Assembly (NCBI RefSeq): GCF_000143415.4
Contig: NW_003314284.1
Span: 310,001-374,000, forward strand
Source: Selaginella moellendorffii
Taxonomy: Eukaryota; Plantae; Lycopodiophyta
Reading direction: 5' to 3'
Length of the DNA: 64,000 nucleotides
Position numbers and translations under genes: made by a program. This document shows positions 12,111-25,124 of this stretch, piece after piece. Position 1 is the first letter of the stretch. Every line of letters starts with the position of its first letter. Below the pieces are notes generated by a model. It was not told the origin of the DNA. It saw only the letters and a list, made by a program, of their open reading frames with translations, and did not search any database.

Positions 12111-15100
12111 GGACATAAAGAATGCTTTCTTGAATTGAGAACTCAAACAACCGGCAACCTCCTACTTTGGCAAGACAGGTTCCTTCCCATCACCACGTAC
12201 AATACTTTAAATAGACTAGGTTTTGTGCGAGCTGAAGTTGGCTTAAGGAGCAGCTTGAAAATGGCAGATCTTGGCAAGTTTTGTCTCAATAGAAACAACA
12301 AAAGCATGTCAAGCAAGTAAGCAGATTTTCACTGAATAATATGTTCCTACTTTAGCATTGCAAGTTCATAAACTCTTGAGGTCTTCATCAGTAAGTCTTT
12401 TTACTATATTGTGGATATGTGAGCCAATTGGATTTCTGCCCTCTCAATGTACAAACAGTGGAACATTTCAAAGTGTTTGTTGTGGCCATGATGAACAAGG
12501 TTCAAGATCATTTGCAGGCATCTTGCGTTGTCATTGTAGATTGCCAGAAAAATCTTTACATCCATAACAATTCCTTGGTTGCCTTAGTTTTCTTAGGTGA
12601 AAAGTGAGACCATTTTCTGTTTTTTTACTCTGCTAAGAAACAACTTTGTTGTTATTGATCTTAGATTGCCCAAGTTTTCTATTAAATTTGCATCAACCAT
12701 CCTATATGGCTTTCAAGAATCTGCACTAATATCTCTAGCTTCTGTGTATCAGAACTCTATGCCAGGAGATCAATATAATTGAATATAGGAAAAATTATTT
12801 CAAACTTTGCAAAAATATAAATTTTCTCCTAAAAGTTCTAAAATTACAATTTTGCCTCTATGAATAAAAATATCATTACTCAACCTTTAACACCTTTCAA
12901 TTACAATAATTTAAAATATTTACACCTAGAATAGGAGAATTATGATAAATGTGGAGAAAGCATGGAATAAAGATCAAAGGCACCACCCCCAAATACCATT
13001 TGGTCATTACCAACAAAGAAATGATTAACAAAGTCAATCACCAATGCTACTCTAGTTGTCACTCATAAGTGATATAAGGAGAGAAGCCAAAGGCTCATCC
13101 TTTATAACCAAACTCACTAGCAAGGTTTAGATAAATTATTATAAATAAGTATTGAAAGGTTAATCTTCTAAAAATAATAAGAGAAAAGTGGATTATATGA
13201 CCAATTAATAGTAGTGCCTAGTATACACGTGTTAAGCTAATGCAAGACATAATAAAAAGAACTAATAAGTTGGGCTAAGTATATTTGGCTAAATAGACAT
13301 TTAGAAGTTCTCATCCAACCAAATGTAGATATTAAGTCTAATTTACTAACATTTGAACAAAAAAAACCAACAATACTAACCTCCTACTACGGTGGCATTA
13401 AGAGAATAATATTTGAAATGACTAATTGACAAACACCTGTATTCACATAAACAATAATATTCTACTCATAACATATATTCAAGAGAAAAAAATAAAAGAA
13501 AAAGAAAACCAAAATAAATTAATCAAATTTGCTGCTAGCAAATCCATAATTATGTCCAATTTGATGGTAGCACCCACTACAAAAAACCCTATTATTTTAA
13601 CTAATGTCTTTCATTCATACATATTTTTTCTTTGGATTATTAGGAGGATGATATGTTTTTGGTAGTTATGTATTATTCTTGCACAAGCCCTTTAGATCAA
13701 AAGGATAAATAAGACTTATTTATACCCCATAATAAATCTCAAGTGAGTAATAAGGATACATGTAAATTATATATACTCTTTTGGAATATAATAACTACAT
13801 GATACCAATCTTTTGCCAACCAAAATAAGAACAAGTCTTTTGGCAAGTTTCACAACTTAAATGTGGGGCTAGTAGTGAGCATGGCTAAATGCTTCATGAA
13901 TCTAAATTAATATCACTAAACTTATAAAAATATATCACTAATATCATCCTAATCTCTATGCCCTTTAATTCAGCACTCAAAGAACCAAATCATCAACTTC
14001 AACCTAACATGCAACTCACCTTAAGTAATCAAGTATTGAAAGACATCACTATATTAAATATCAAATGTCTAAAACATTTCCTTAAAAAAGAGCAATTGCC
14101 TAATGCCTTCTATCTATAATAGATTGCACCTATGAGGTTACATTTTCCTTTTTCCTATGTATTTCACTCCTTGCCTCTTTACAAAAAACTAAAGAAATGG
14201 CTTAAGTAGCCTTCTATAGGAGATGACAATACAACTTTAAATCAACTAAATAAATTTAAAACCCAAAGTATTATTCACTAGATATGTAGAATACTCAAGA
14301 ATGTATCACTTAAAGGATATAATATCTAAATCCAACCTTCGCAACAATTACCAAAACAAAATGAATATTACAAAAGCTAACAAAATATTTGTTCATGCCA
14401 ACTATCACTCCAATAAATCTGAAAAGATCTTAATCAACAATACTAAAAACCAAAGTTGCTCAATTAAGTGTTAACAACATTTTACTAATATCTTAAACTC
14501 AAAAGATTAATCCAAAAACCACAAAAAATATATAGTAATGTAGAAAACTAAAAGCTATAAAAGATAATGACTAACCATCATAAAAGATTGTCAATCATTC
14601 CATCAAGAAAGATGTATAATTATCATTGAAGAATAATCCACCATTTTGAAGAATAATGAATTATCTACCCTCAATAATAACCAAAACGAGAATAATCAAT
14701 TATCCTTATATGACAGTTAATCATTATCAATGGTTACTATATGCAGACAACAATTTTAACATTAAAGTTAATGAGTCAAAATGCCTTCTCCAACAACTCT
14801 TAACAAATAAAATAATGAGTATAAAACCTCAAATAACCAAAAACTCAAAAACGCTAATAGCTAAGTGTCGTATCACTTTAATCACAAGTTAAGTACAAAA
14901 AAACTATGCTCAAGAAGTGATCTCAAGACTAATCCTCTATGAATCCATCTATTCATAATAAGATGTAATTCACTTCATAATAAGTGTAATAAAAATCATC
15001 AATGATCAATATCATTCAAGTTAATTGATCACTAACTCTTTCTTTAACTTGTCATTTAATTTATTTGAATGCCAACATAGCTGTTAACTAGCAAATGCAC

Positions 15101-17000
15101 GAATGTTAACGATATAAAAGTATAGCTAAAATATCAATACTATTATTGTGGACATTAGTAAAATAAAATGTCTATTTCCAAAGGACCTTAACCAATACCC
15201 ATGGATGGAAAATCTAAATTTTTAACTATGCCAATGGAGAAAATGTCTCATCTCACTATAAACTCAAGTCTAATAATATCAATATTAAGTAAATCACCAC
15301 TCAAAGCTCTTTTACTGGCGAAGTTAACTAAAGTTGAAAATACTTTATTTAGTATTCAAGACTAATCCTTTAATAATACTTAAATATAAATAACACATAA
15401 TCCAAGAGTGAGTTACCACATCCAAGACTTAATGCAATCTAATACCATAAACAAAATGCAACTAAACAATATTGACAAAGGTGGAACTTATACTAACATG
15501 GAAAAACCATAAAAGCCCAAGAATACAATCCTCCACAGTACCATTTGGTAAGTAATTCATTATTGCTAAATCATCATCAAGATAAATAAAGTGTCAATAA
15601 TCCTCAACAAAGTCTACAAAAAATCACTAATCATAAAGCAAGTAATAACTATTCTTCAACTTGCCTTCACAAGACCCAAATATTAAACTTATGTTATTGA
15701 GTTCTATATTTGTTCAATGGAAAGGTAACACTCTAGGCATAATGTATAGAAACATGGATAAGTATGGATAAAATGATTATTCAAATTTAATTAAATTGGA
15801 GTGTGACCACTCTTGAGTTCACAAGCTAAAGAGCTAAGCTCAATGAACCTAACTTTGTACTATTTTTAACATCTCTTTGTATTTTATATAAATAAAAAGA
15901 TTTTGGACCACTTCCTCTATTGCACTTGTTATTGTTCATGTAGGTGGAATCATTTTCTTCTTCATTTGATCATGTAACATCTGAAGAGAAAGCTTTATTC
16001 CCACATATCTTACTTCCTTAAATGTTAAGGCTTTTGAATATTGTTCCATAGCACATATCAAGTTTTATAGACATGTATCGTACAAATTTATATTCCCTGT
16101 CTTTGCCTCAGAGGAATGTTAACTCTAGTATTTACTCTTGAAGAGATTTACAATTGAAGTGTATAAAAGGTCCTCAAGTGGTTGATCTTAATGAAAAAAA
16201 CAATATTAATAAAGAAGAAAGAAGAGAAACCAATATAAAGAGAATGATATCCTCATTGAAACATTTGAACTTCAAACTACTTCAACCACAACTCAAGTTG
16301 TGGTAAACAACTTGCATTTGTATAACCATTTTTATACCATTACATTTCGATCTCGTTTGTTTTTGCCTTGTGCTCTTTTTAAAAAATTGCAACTTACCAT
16401 TATTTGCATAAGTTCTTAAATGTTAGTTGGAAATCTAGCTTGATAAAGTGGCAATGTTGGTCTAGGCTCTAAGCTTAGTAGAACTCACAAATCTTTTCAC
16501 AACCTTCTAAAGGCTGACCATTCCTAAAAAAATGCCTAAACGTTATTCTAATTAACTCTAACCCCATCTGCATATGAAAGTTGGCAGGTTTATCAATTTG
16601 CTTTAGCACAATATTAGAGAGGGACTTCCAAAATATTTCATACGCCATTTAATTGTACTTTATACTCTATTGTCACAATTGTTAAATTGGAACATAACTT
16701 ATGAAAAGGGCAATACTTAAAACCATTATAAAATAGTGAGAAAAATAATTACCCAATGCCTGCTCTATATAATTAAAATATACCCATGTATTAGCAAGGT
16801 CATTTGACCTAGACAATATTTACACTAAAAGCAAGGTTTATAATAGACATTTTGAAAATGAAAAGACACTTTTACTCACTACTGATTTGATTTGAAAATA
16901 AACTTCCATAAATAAACTTGTAAAACAAATCTATTTTATACATTTCAAGGAAGTAAGAAACAATCAAGGTCTATTTCAAAGGAGTGCAAATTGTAAAACG
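12111..17000 (-). mobile_element. Decayed AT-rich transposon block containing a Mutator-like transposase relic; centre unclassified
   Basis: Reverse complement of ~15900-16760 aligns by eye with ~41290-42140, including NGQPLEGCEKICEFY vs DQPLKGRERTCEFH. CpG-depleted, no long ORF. Boundaries approximate. Confidence 0.65.
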
Positions 17001-17079
17001 AATTTGGTATGAGAGGAGCCACTTGTTACTTCAATCTCAAAAGCAGCAGTGGCTATGCATCTGCTTCCAGCAGAATGCT

Positions 17080-17500
17080 GGAGAAAGTGTGGCGATCAAA
17101 GATCACTGGGCACCCCTCAAAGCTTGCTTGATCTGCCTCTGCTGCCCGTAAGCTTGTGACAAAACATTCCAGGAGACCGCATTCCGCCGCAGCATCCCCT
17201 CAAACATCTCCTTAGCTCGCTGCAGATTACCATTCTGGTACATTGCCATGTGTTTCCAAGCCACGCTTCGATGCTGCCCACAGGCATAAGCGACCCCCTA
17301 ATCCTTTAGCCTGGTCTACAAGCCCGTTGCTGAATGCATCTTGTTCTGCTGCATCTGAACCTCCCCGGCTCATTAACAGCGATTCCTACAACCATTATGC
17401 GGCGGTAAGATTCGACCACGGTGGTCCAAGGTCATGCTAAATCTCATCGCAGCAAGCATCGATTTCCCGCGCATCTCGATCGCTGCCTTGCAAACATATG
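17080..17500 (-). pseudogene. PLS-class PPR gene fragment
   Basis: MYQNGNLQRAKEMFEGMLRRNAVSWNVLSQAYGQ..QAL, then frameshifted DRHTFSSIL. Confidence 0.7.
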
Positions 17501-17504
17501 GGCC

Positions 17505-18749
17505 TCAAGGACGCACTTTTCGGCTAGATCTAGATCGAAATAGTACAGCCGAAGAGCCGCCTTTTCCACAACCTTCTGGATTGGCATCCCAATTGGGGAC
17601 GAATGCGCAAGTTGCATCCCAATGAAGCTCATCAAGAAGCTGTTTGGCATTCGACTTAGGGATGTGCCATTTCCAAGTCAAGGCCTCGATATCCAAAAGA
17701 GCAGGTGGTATCACGTGGTTAATATTACATATCACCAGTTTATTTCCGTGCAGCCAAAACTTGAATTCTGGTTCCTCTTGACGTCGAACAAATTTCATCC
17801 ACTCTTCACCATACAAGCTCATGAAAGTAATCACGCTTAACCGCCTCCAATAAAGCTTGTTCCTTCTAGATTTTTGTTGGAGCTTGAAGATCACATATGC
17901 ATAATTATTAAGATATGCAGCTAGAAACCAGCATCCTTTGTAGTAGAAAACTGCACGACTACTATACTTGCTAACATACATTGGGAGCTTTACATCCACT
18001 ATAAAGCTCCACCACCTGGCATCGTTACCAATCTTGCTCAAGTTGTAGAATTGAACTCCACCTGAATGGTGAATATCTGCAAATACTTGTTCTTTATCCT
18101 TGAATTCAACTTGATGCAGCTTAACATGCCACTCATTGTCATTTTCCCATATCTGCCATCTCCATGTTTTAGAATCGAACACTGCGACATGCTTTGGACT
18201 CTTTTCCAGATCATATTTGCGCCTATTGAAGTCTTTCACCATTAGGATGCAAATCTTGTAACTCCAGCAATTTGGATCTACAAACAATGTCGTGCAAATC
18301 CAAGTATTACAATTTTCTAGTCTTTTTTGCAGAGGCAGCTGTTTCCACACTCTTGTCATCGGATTTCCAAACCACAAGCTGTTATCGTTGTCAGAACTGC
18401 AAAATACCAGACCTTGATGGGAAGCATGACAGTTGAATCGAAAGTACGGGAAAGGAACAAACTGCAACCTGATTCGAGCGTCTGGCGACCATAACTCATA
18501 TTCATCATCAAACTTTTCGACAAAGTCCAAAGGCAGAGGTATAGGTGGACGCTCCTTATTCTGAAGTACCGATATACTGGACAAGACCCAAACTTCTTCA
18601 CCTTCTGTTTGCAGCTTCTGCTTCAATTGCGCTAGGGCGCAGCTGCCCACTTCTCGAATAACCATATCCCATGATTTACAAACTGCTCTACATCTAGCAA
18701 GATCAGCTACTGCTGGAAGGTAGCGTGGCGACAACACCAATGTCTCCAT
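17505..18749 (-). CDS. F-box protein, single exon
   Basis: LPAVADLARCRAVCKSWDMVI (F-box) and HASHQGLVFC..LWFGNPMTRVWKQLP (F-box-associated). The ORF is open from 18830; ATG 18749 is the more likely start. Confidence 0.8.
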   Translation of the reverse strand: METLVLSPRYLPAVADLARCRAVCKSWDMVIREVGSCALAQLKQKLQTEGEEVWVLSSISVLQNKERPPIPLPLDFVEKFDDEYELWSPDARIRLQFVPFPYFRFNCHASHQGLVFCSSDNDNSLWFGNPMTRVWKQLPLQKRLENCNTWICTTLFVDPNCWSYKICILMVKDFNRRKYDLEKSPKHVAVFDSKTWRWQIWENDNEWHVKLHQVEFKDKEQVFADIHHSGGVQFYNLSKIGNDARWWSFIVDVKLPMYVSKYSSRAVFYYKGCWFLAAYLNNYAYVIFKLQQKSRRNKLYWRRLSVITFMSLYGEEWMKFVRRQEEPEFKFWLHGNKLVICNINHVIPPALLDIEALTWKWHIPKSNAKQLLDELHWDATCAFVPNWDANPEGCGKGGSSAVLFRSRSSRKVRP

Positions 18750-18830
18750 CCTGTTCGCCCTACCCTTTTCTCCGACTTGAGTATATTTATTGTAAGGGTG
18801 ATTTGAAATTAAATGTTCCACGTTCCACAT

Positions 18831-19990
18831 AGTCTCTTTCCTACAAAATTTATCGGCAACTTCTTATTACACTGCACAGATTTCCCGATCAGACAGCTCC
18901 TGTGGAGAAGAGCAGATTGGTAACAACACGTTGATTTACACATGTCCCACCTTGAAGAACGCAAGCGGAGCTTCTTCTGAGAATCTCTTCAAGAAGTCCA
19001 CCAGATTGACCTGCAATGTCGGCGTCGCCAGAAACACGCTTGCATATCACGTAATTATCGTAACGCTTACCTAATTGATTGGATCGACTTCAGCGCTTGG
19101 TTCGTCACCACCCTGGAAAACGAAACAAATATCAATGCCACAGCTTTTTCTCCAGGGATTAGCTCTAACCACGTCGCCATTCAAAACGTCTACGAAACGA
19201 ATCAGCAGGCTCGAAAACAGACCGCAGCGATTGGCTAGCACTACATCTTAACACATCATCCTGAGAGAAGCTGAATACTTTGGAATTCGAACATTTAGAT
19301 TTACCTCATCCACTGGCTGCCTCTTGTCCTTCGACTAGACCACGAGCCAGGAGGGAGAAAATCTGAAGGAAGGTTTGTCAGCGTTAAAGCCATTCATAAT
19401 CGATCAAACCTTTTGAAGTGCGGAAACTCTCGTAAACTGGTCTGGTTGCAATTTGGATTTCGACCTTGTCTTGTAGCCTGTAGACACAATAATAGAAAAA
19501 ACAGAATCCTAGGAAAAACACGAAAAACACGAGCTTTGTTGCGGTTTTTGCGGTTTTTTGTGAAGAATGGTAATAGACCTTACCTTGTCTTGAGGAAAGA
19601 CGGTGAAGTAATGCTTCTTCACGTTAGGTGAAATCCGTTAAAGGAAGCGCTGCAAGGAAAAGAGAAGAAACTAAACGTTCCAAGGATATCTGACGCACTC
19701 CCAGCGAGAAATCGTTGTTCAGTGTGATTCTGGCGAGAGCAATGCCATATCCTGCCAGGAGAATCCAAATTTACTCCAATGACCATGCGAGAGGGGAGAA
19801 AAACCTGTCTTTCTTGATGCCTCCGTAAGAGCGCCTCGCTCCCAGATTGGGATCCAGCATCGCATTCAAGCAGCTGACTAGCCAGCGATCATTCGCCGCT
19901 ACCATTTCGCTCCGCATTCACATTCCCCGACGAGAGAACGATTCTATAACGCAAAACCCTTTGCAAAACCCCTAGCAAATGCTAGTTCGT
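18831..19990 (-). pseudogene. Importin-9 duplicate with about 3.5 kb of its interior deleted
   Basis: 18831-19495 copies ~6797-7581 (3' exons) and ~19504-19990 copies ~11092-11610 (5' exons and upstream region), with many small deletions. Confidence 0.92.
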
Positions 19991-20010
19991 TTGGTGCTTA
20001 TACATCTCTT

Positions 20011-22909
20011 CTATGTAAGAAATTTTTGCAAGCTTGACACGTCCAATGCCTTGAATCCAGAGACCACTTCCATGACAAACGATCCCAGCTTTTGCGCAGC
20101 GTCTTTCGTGGGAGCCTGGATTCATCCAAACTTTCAGTGCCTGTTTTAAAATTTCTTTCACTCACCTCGATGTTCAGTGGCAGCACAGGGTCGTGCAAAG
20201 ACAGCCTCAGTAAAAACCATCCTCCATGTCCCGAAACTCTCACCTGGATCATCCAGCAGTGAATGAGATTTGGAAGAGAAACAGAACGAGGAAGAGAAAC
20301 ACTCACCCCTTCGTAGTTCTTTGGGGCCTTGGTGAGATTACTATCGGAAGACAATGACTCCTCCAGGCGACGCAGAACTTCCTCTCCATACTCTCGAAAT
20401 GTTCTGCACATAAAGAGAGAGGAACAATCACAAAAAAGTGGAAATCAAAAGACTCACTTGGAGCCAACGTCTTGATGGCTCTCGTTGATTTTTAGCCGGA
20501 ACTCCGTTGCAAATCCTGCCTCCTCAAGACTTTCGATCAGTCTCGTCAGCACTTCACTGCCCTCGCCCTCCCCTGCTGCTTTTCCAGCGGCAAGCTTGAT
20601 AAGAAGCTTTACCTGGTACATGAAAAGAAATCATACAATGCTTCTCCAAGAGAGAATACAAATTTACCATCAAATAAGCACCATCATCCAGCCAGCGATT
20701 TTCTTTCAATGCTCCGTGCCCGCTCGTCTCAATGGCTAGATGGGACTCCTCACCCACCGAGTTCTACAACCATTTTGCGTTAGTTGAGCTGAAAGTTTGT
20801 GTGACATGACTTTGTCATTACCAAGCGTATGCCTTCATCAATCACATTTTTGTATCCTCTCTTGAACCGGTGATGCTTTCCCCCTGTAAAAGGAACAGGA
20901 CAGATTCAATCACACCGTTGCATATTTGATCAATACATACCCAGTTTCTTCTCGATGAATTCTGTGAGGCCATCTGAAGTGATGCTGTCGGTCACAATTG
21001 TTGTCCCGGGATGCTGTCGTTTGAAAACTTTCAAGCTGTTACCAAAACTGTGAGAAGGCAATTTGCACACACCTCGGCCAAAACAATGGCAGAAATAAGT
21101 GCAATTAAGCGATTACGATTAAGTTCTCTGCCGCTGGAGTCCACTGCAGCAGATCTATACGCAAAAGTTACTTCCAAAAGAACAAGGATGGAAACGAAAA
21201 TAAAGAAACCTGTCAACATCCGTGTCAAATATGATCCCCAAGTCCGCCTTGTGCTTGAGAACAGCACTTGTCACGGCTTCCATTGCTTTCTTGTCCTCAG
21301 GATTGGGAATATGATTCGGAAACATGCCTGCCAAAGTCCAGATGTACAAACTTCATTTCTCAAACAGAGTTTCGTACCATCCGGCTCCAAAAACTGACTT
21401 CCGGTCGTATCTGCTCCAAGAGGCTTCAACACTTTCTCCTGGAAAAGTTTGAGTCAGGACACAAGAGCTGCATGGTGAAAAATATATCAGTACCGCAAAG
21501 AAACCACCAGCACCGTTTCCTGCATCTACAAGAATGTGAAATCCTTCGAGCGGACGTTCTGCATGCAAGGAAATATTTTTAAAAAAATTTAAGAAACACA
21601 GAAAAATAAGAAAATCACAACACCACAAATTGTAAGCCCACCTTTTCCACCGGCAGCTTGAACAATTTTCACAAGATCGCTCGCGTAGTGGTCCATGTAA
21701 TTCACTCTCTTCATGTCCTTGGATGTCACGTTTCCTTGCGAGGAGCTTCCGCTGTGTATCTGAGCAGCACGGCTTAGGATGTCGCTTATATCAGCCTTCC
21801 CAAGACCACCGGTGTTGGTGAAAAACTTGAAACCATTCCTGTTGTAAGGAAGGTGGCTGGCTGCAATAGGAGAGAAACGTGAAATCGTATTCCACGTCTT
21901 GGAAATTCTCTTACTTACCTGTGATCATGATAGCACCATCAGCTGGGCATAAGAGATCCTCCCTTTCCGTCACTGTGCTATTAAACATTGCCGGGGTCGA
22001 TGCCAGCCTACAAGAAACACGCCAGATTATCAACGAGTTTAAGAAATAAATCACACATACCCGTACAAAACAACGTCCAAGCCAGTATCACCGATGCCTT
22101 GAGCAATTGCTTGCTACGTATTTTGATAGAAAAAAAAAGCAAGAAGAAGAAGTCGTCAAAGGAAAGAATCACTAACATAGGCATCAGACCTCGAGGGAGC
22201 TCGCAGATATTCTTGAATCGTGGCCGATTGAGACGCGTAAAGCACTGGACGTGGATTCTTTTTTCTTATCAGCCAGCCATTGCGCAAATGCAGCACCAAT
22301 CGCTTTGGCGACGTCCACTGTCAAATTAACAGCCTCTTCTCCACCAGCAACAGCGACTCCACGTATGTCACTGCGAAGAAATAGCAAGAAGAAAAGAAAA
22401 AAGTGGTGTTTGTGACGTGCCAGAACGAAGCAAGCGACTACCTTCCATTCTGAAGCTTCCTAAAGTCAATCTTCTCCACAACAGTGGATGCGTTGTATGT
22501 CCCTGCAAACATTCCAAAAAGATCTATCAGCTTCTTCCCCTCCTTCCAATCGAGAATCCAAGCAGCCAAAAAAAAAAAAGAAGAAAAGAGAAGAAGCATC
22601 AAAGCCAATTCGCTACCAGCACAACTTATGACCACTTGCGCGGAACGCTTGATCGGACGAGAACTCCGCCCCGTTACACTTATTCTCTCGAATTTGAGCT
22701 GCGCAAAGCGAGGGCACCGCAAATCATGCACGGCAGCATCACTCAGCTTGGTTCCTAGCAGCGAAGAAGAAGAAAGAGCTGCATTCAAAGAAAACACAAA
22801 ATTCGACTGGATCAAAGGGCCCTGGACTCGCTAAAGAGAAATCCAAATCCATGCAAGCTCATCCCAGGAGAGCGCATTTGTGAATGGAGAACGCTCACTC
22901 ACCAGCCAT
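20011..22909 (-). CDS. Alpha-D-phosphohexomutase (PGM/PMM/phosphoglucosamine mutase family) with probable plastid transit peptide
   Basis: KLQNG|SDIRG, TASHLPYNRNGFKFFT (catalytic Ser), FDTDVDR (metal loop), ETSGHGALKENRWLDDGAY and GWFLLRLSLHDPVL. Ser-rich N-terminus. Confidence 0.9.
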
Positions 22910-23180
22910 GGGCGATCCAATCTGGAGAGGCTTCGACGCCGGAGCTCCCAACGCGTTAAATATCCATTCCACCAAGTAGACAATACTAAAGAACCCTAGC
23001 TCTCTTTGATTCTAGACCTCTCAAAAGATTTCCAGCGAAACCATGTATGATATTAGAGTTCGTGCTTGGAACAATTAGAGATGGAATTAAAGGACGTTGT
23101 TTTGATTTGAGAAGCTAGCTATAGCTCACAAGGAGAGTATCACCATCATACAAATTTTACGATAGCTTTGTCCACTCACT

Positions 23181-24016
23181 CTAGAGTGCCTGCACTCACG
23201 ACAAGAAGAGCAATGGAAGAACTTTAGTGCCGTGACAAATGCGATGGAAACTGTGTTGTTACCTGCTGTGGCAAGTAACTCATGCTGGTGTACATACTCG
23301 ACTGGAAAAATCGAAACAACGCATCGTCAGTGACGATGAACAAGCTAAACTTACGCAAGAACACACCTGGACAGGAGATGGAACAGCCATGCTCTGGTCC
23401 TTCTTGCCTTCTCCCTTGACTCCCGATCCTTTGTCTCCCTGCGATTTTTTTAGAGGTTTTAGAACTCATCCTCGAAGATCCAAAACAAAACAAGTGATTC
23501 TCACCTCCGTCTGATTCCACAAGAGCCATTGGAGTGACAAACATGACACCCTGTTAGCCTCGAGAAGAAAGAAAAGCTAGAGCTCCGTTACCTCTCTGTA
23601 CTTTTGCAAGTAGATCTTCAAAGGTTCCAAGTACTCCTCGAAGCCCAGCGTGCTCATTGCCCATAGCAAGTCATCGCCATTGATCGTCTTCCTCTTCTCT
23701 CTTTGGCACTTGTCACTGGCTCTGCAAAGTAGAAGAAGATAGTATCACCACAAAGGATCGAAAGAACTTCCAGCAATACTTACTCGCTAGTGATGAAGCT
23801 GATGAACTCTGAGACGCATTCTTGCACCGTCTCCTTGGCATCCTTGGCGATCTTTGCATTCGCCGGCAGCGCCTTCTTCATTATCCGGCTGATGTTGGCG
23901 ATGGGAAGGAACCTGTCTTGCTCCCTTACGTTGGAGTTGTCGCGTTCGCCACCATGGCCACCAGCGTCGTCCGAGTGTGGGCTATCCTGGCTCCTGGGAC
24001 TTCCCACGTCCGCCAT
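23181..24016 (-). CDS. NF-YB: Nuclear factor Y subunit B (non-LEC1 type)
   Basis: [48 protein letters not shown]|[22 protein letters not shown] histone fold. Confidence 0.95.
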
Positions 24017-25124
24017 CCTTTTTTTCCTGCAAAGCACAAGAGAGAGAGAAGGAAAAAAAAGGTTAGAAAAACGCGCGTGGCCAGTTTTTCCAAGCCGAGA
24101 GAAGTCAAATGCTGTGCCTGACGAAAAAAACAACAAAAAAGAAAGAACAAGAAAAACTCGGCCCTCTTCTCTCCCGAAAGAACAACAAAGCTTTCTCGCC
24201 CCTTCGCTGGCTGGGCTGCCGACGTAACAACGCCATAAGCAGCAGTGCCACAACAATCAAAAACAATGAGCGAGAGCGAAAAAAAAAACATCTTTGAGCG
24301 GCACTGCGACAAAAACCAAGAAAAAACCTTCCACTGGAAACGCACACACCCTCTACCTAGCGCGACCAAGAAACCATAACAAGGAAAAAAAAGAAAGCAA
24401 TTTCCCACACACCGAGAGGAGAAGCTCAATCCGGCTCCACCGAGTAGCAGCCCCTGGAACACCAGCGCCTTCTCCTCCTCCCCCTCCTCCCTTCTATCCA
24501 GAAACGAGAATCACAAGAAGAAGAATCCCTTCCCGCATTGCCGAGGATCATCCTCAGCTAAAACCCAATCAATCAATCCGGGGGGAGACACAGAGACGCA
24601 GGCATCGGCAATCGCAGCGCCCGCCACAGGGAGCGCCGAGAGCTCGCTCGCTCGCCCGCGCCTCGGCGCTAGGGTAGAAATCACACAAGCACGCGGCACG
24701 CCACAAGCAAGAAAAACAAAGCCCCTTTCCCTTACGTGTGTGGTCTCTGATGGGCAGTGTGCGTCTTCTTCTTCGTTGCGATGCTGCCACTTGGTGAAAT
24801 AGCGCCCCTCCTCCGCCTCCAAGATCGAGCGCGTTGGTTGCTCCCCTTACTTCCCCTTATCGCCGCCGTTCATCCACCGGCCTCCATATCCCCGCATGCC
24901 CATGCATGGCCCCCATGCCTGCCCGCCCTGCCTGCCCGGCCCCTGCCGCGCGCCACGTCATACGGGCAGCGGAGTAGTGCGGCATGGCCATGGGCCTGCC
25001 TGCCCGGATAGCGATGGGCGCCGGTACGAATCCTGGGAACAGCAGTCCAATATTTTTTTTCTTCTCTCCTCGTGTTTGCTTAAAAAACGTTCTCCAGTGA
25101 GATCTCTTCTCTTCTCTCATTTTT

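Noticed and set aside
23181-24016. LEC1-type NF-YB
   Set aside because: It has the non-LEC1 residues ([28 protein letters not shown]) and multiple introns.
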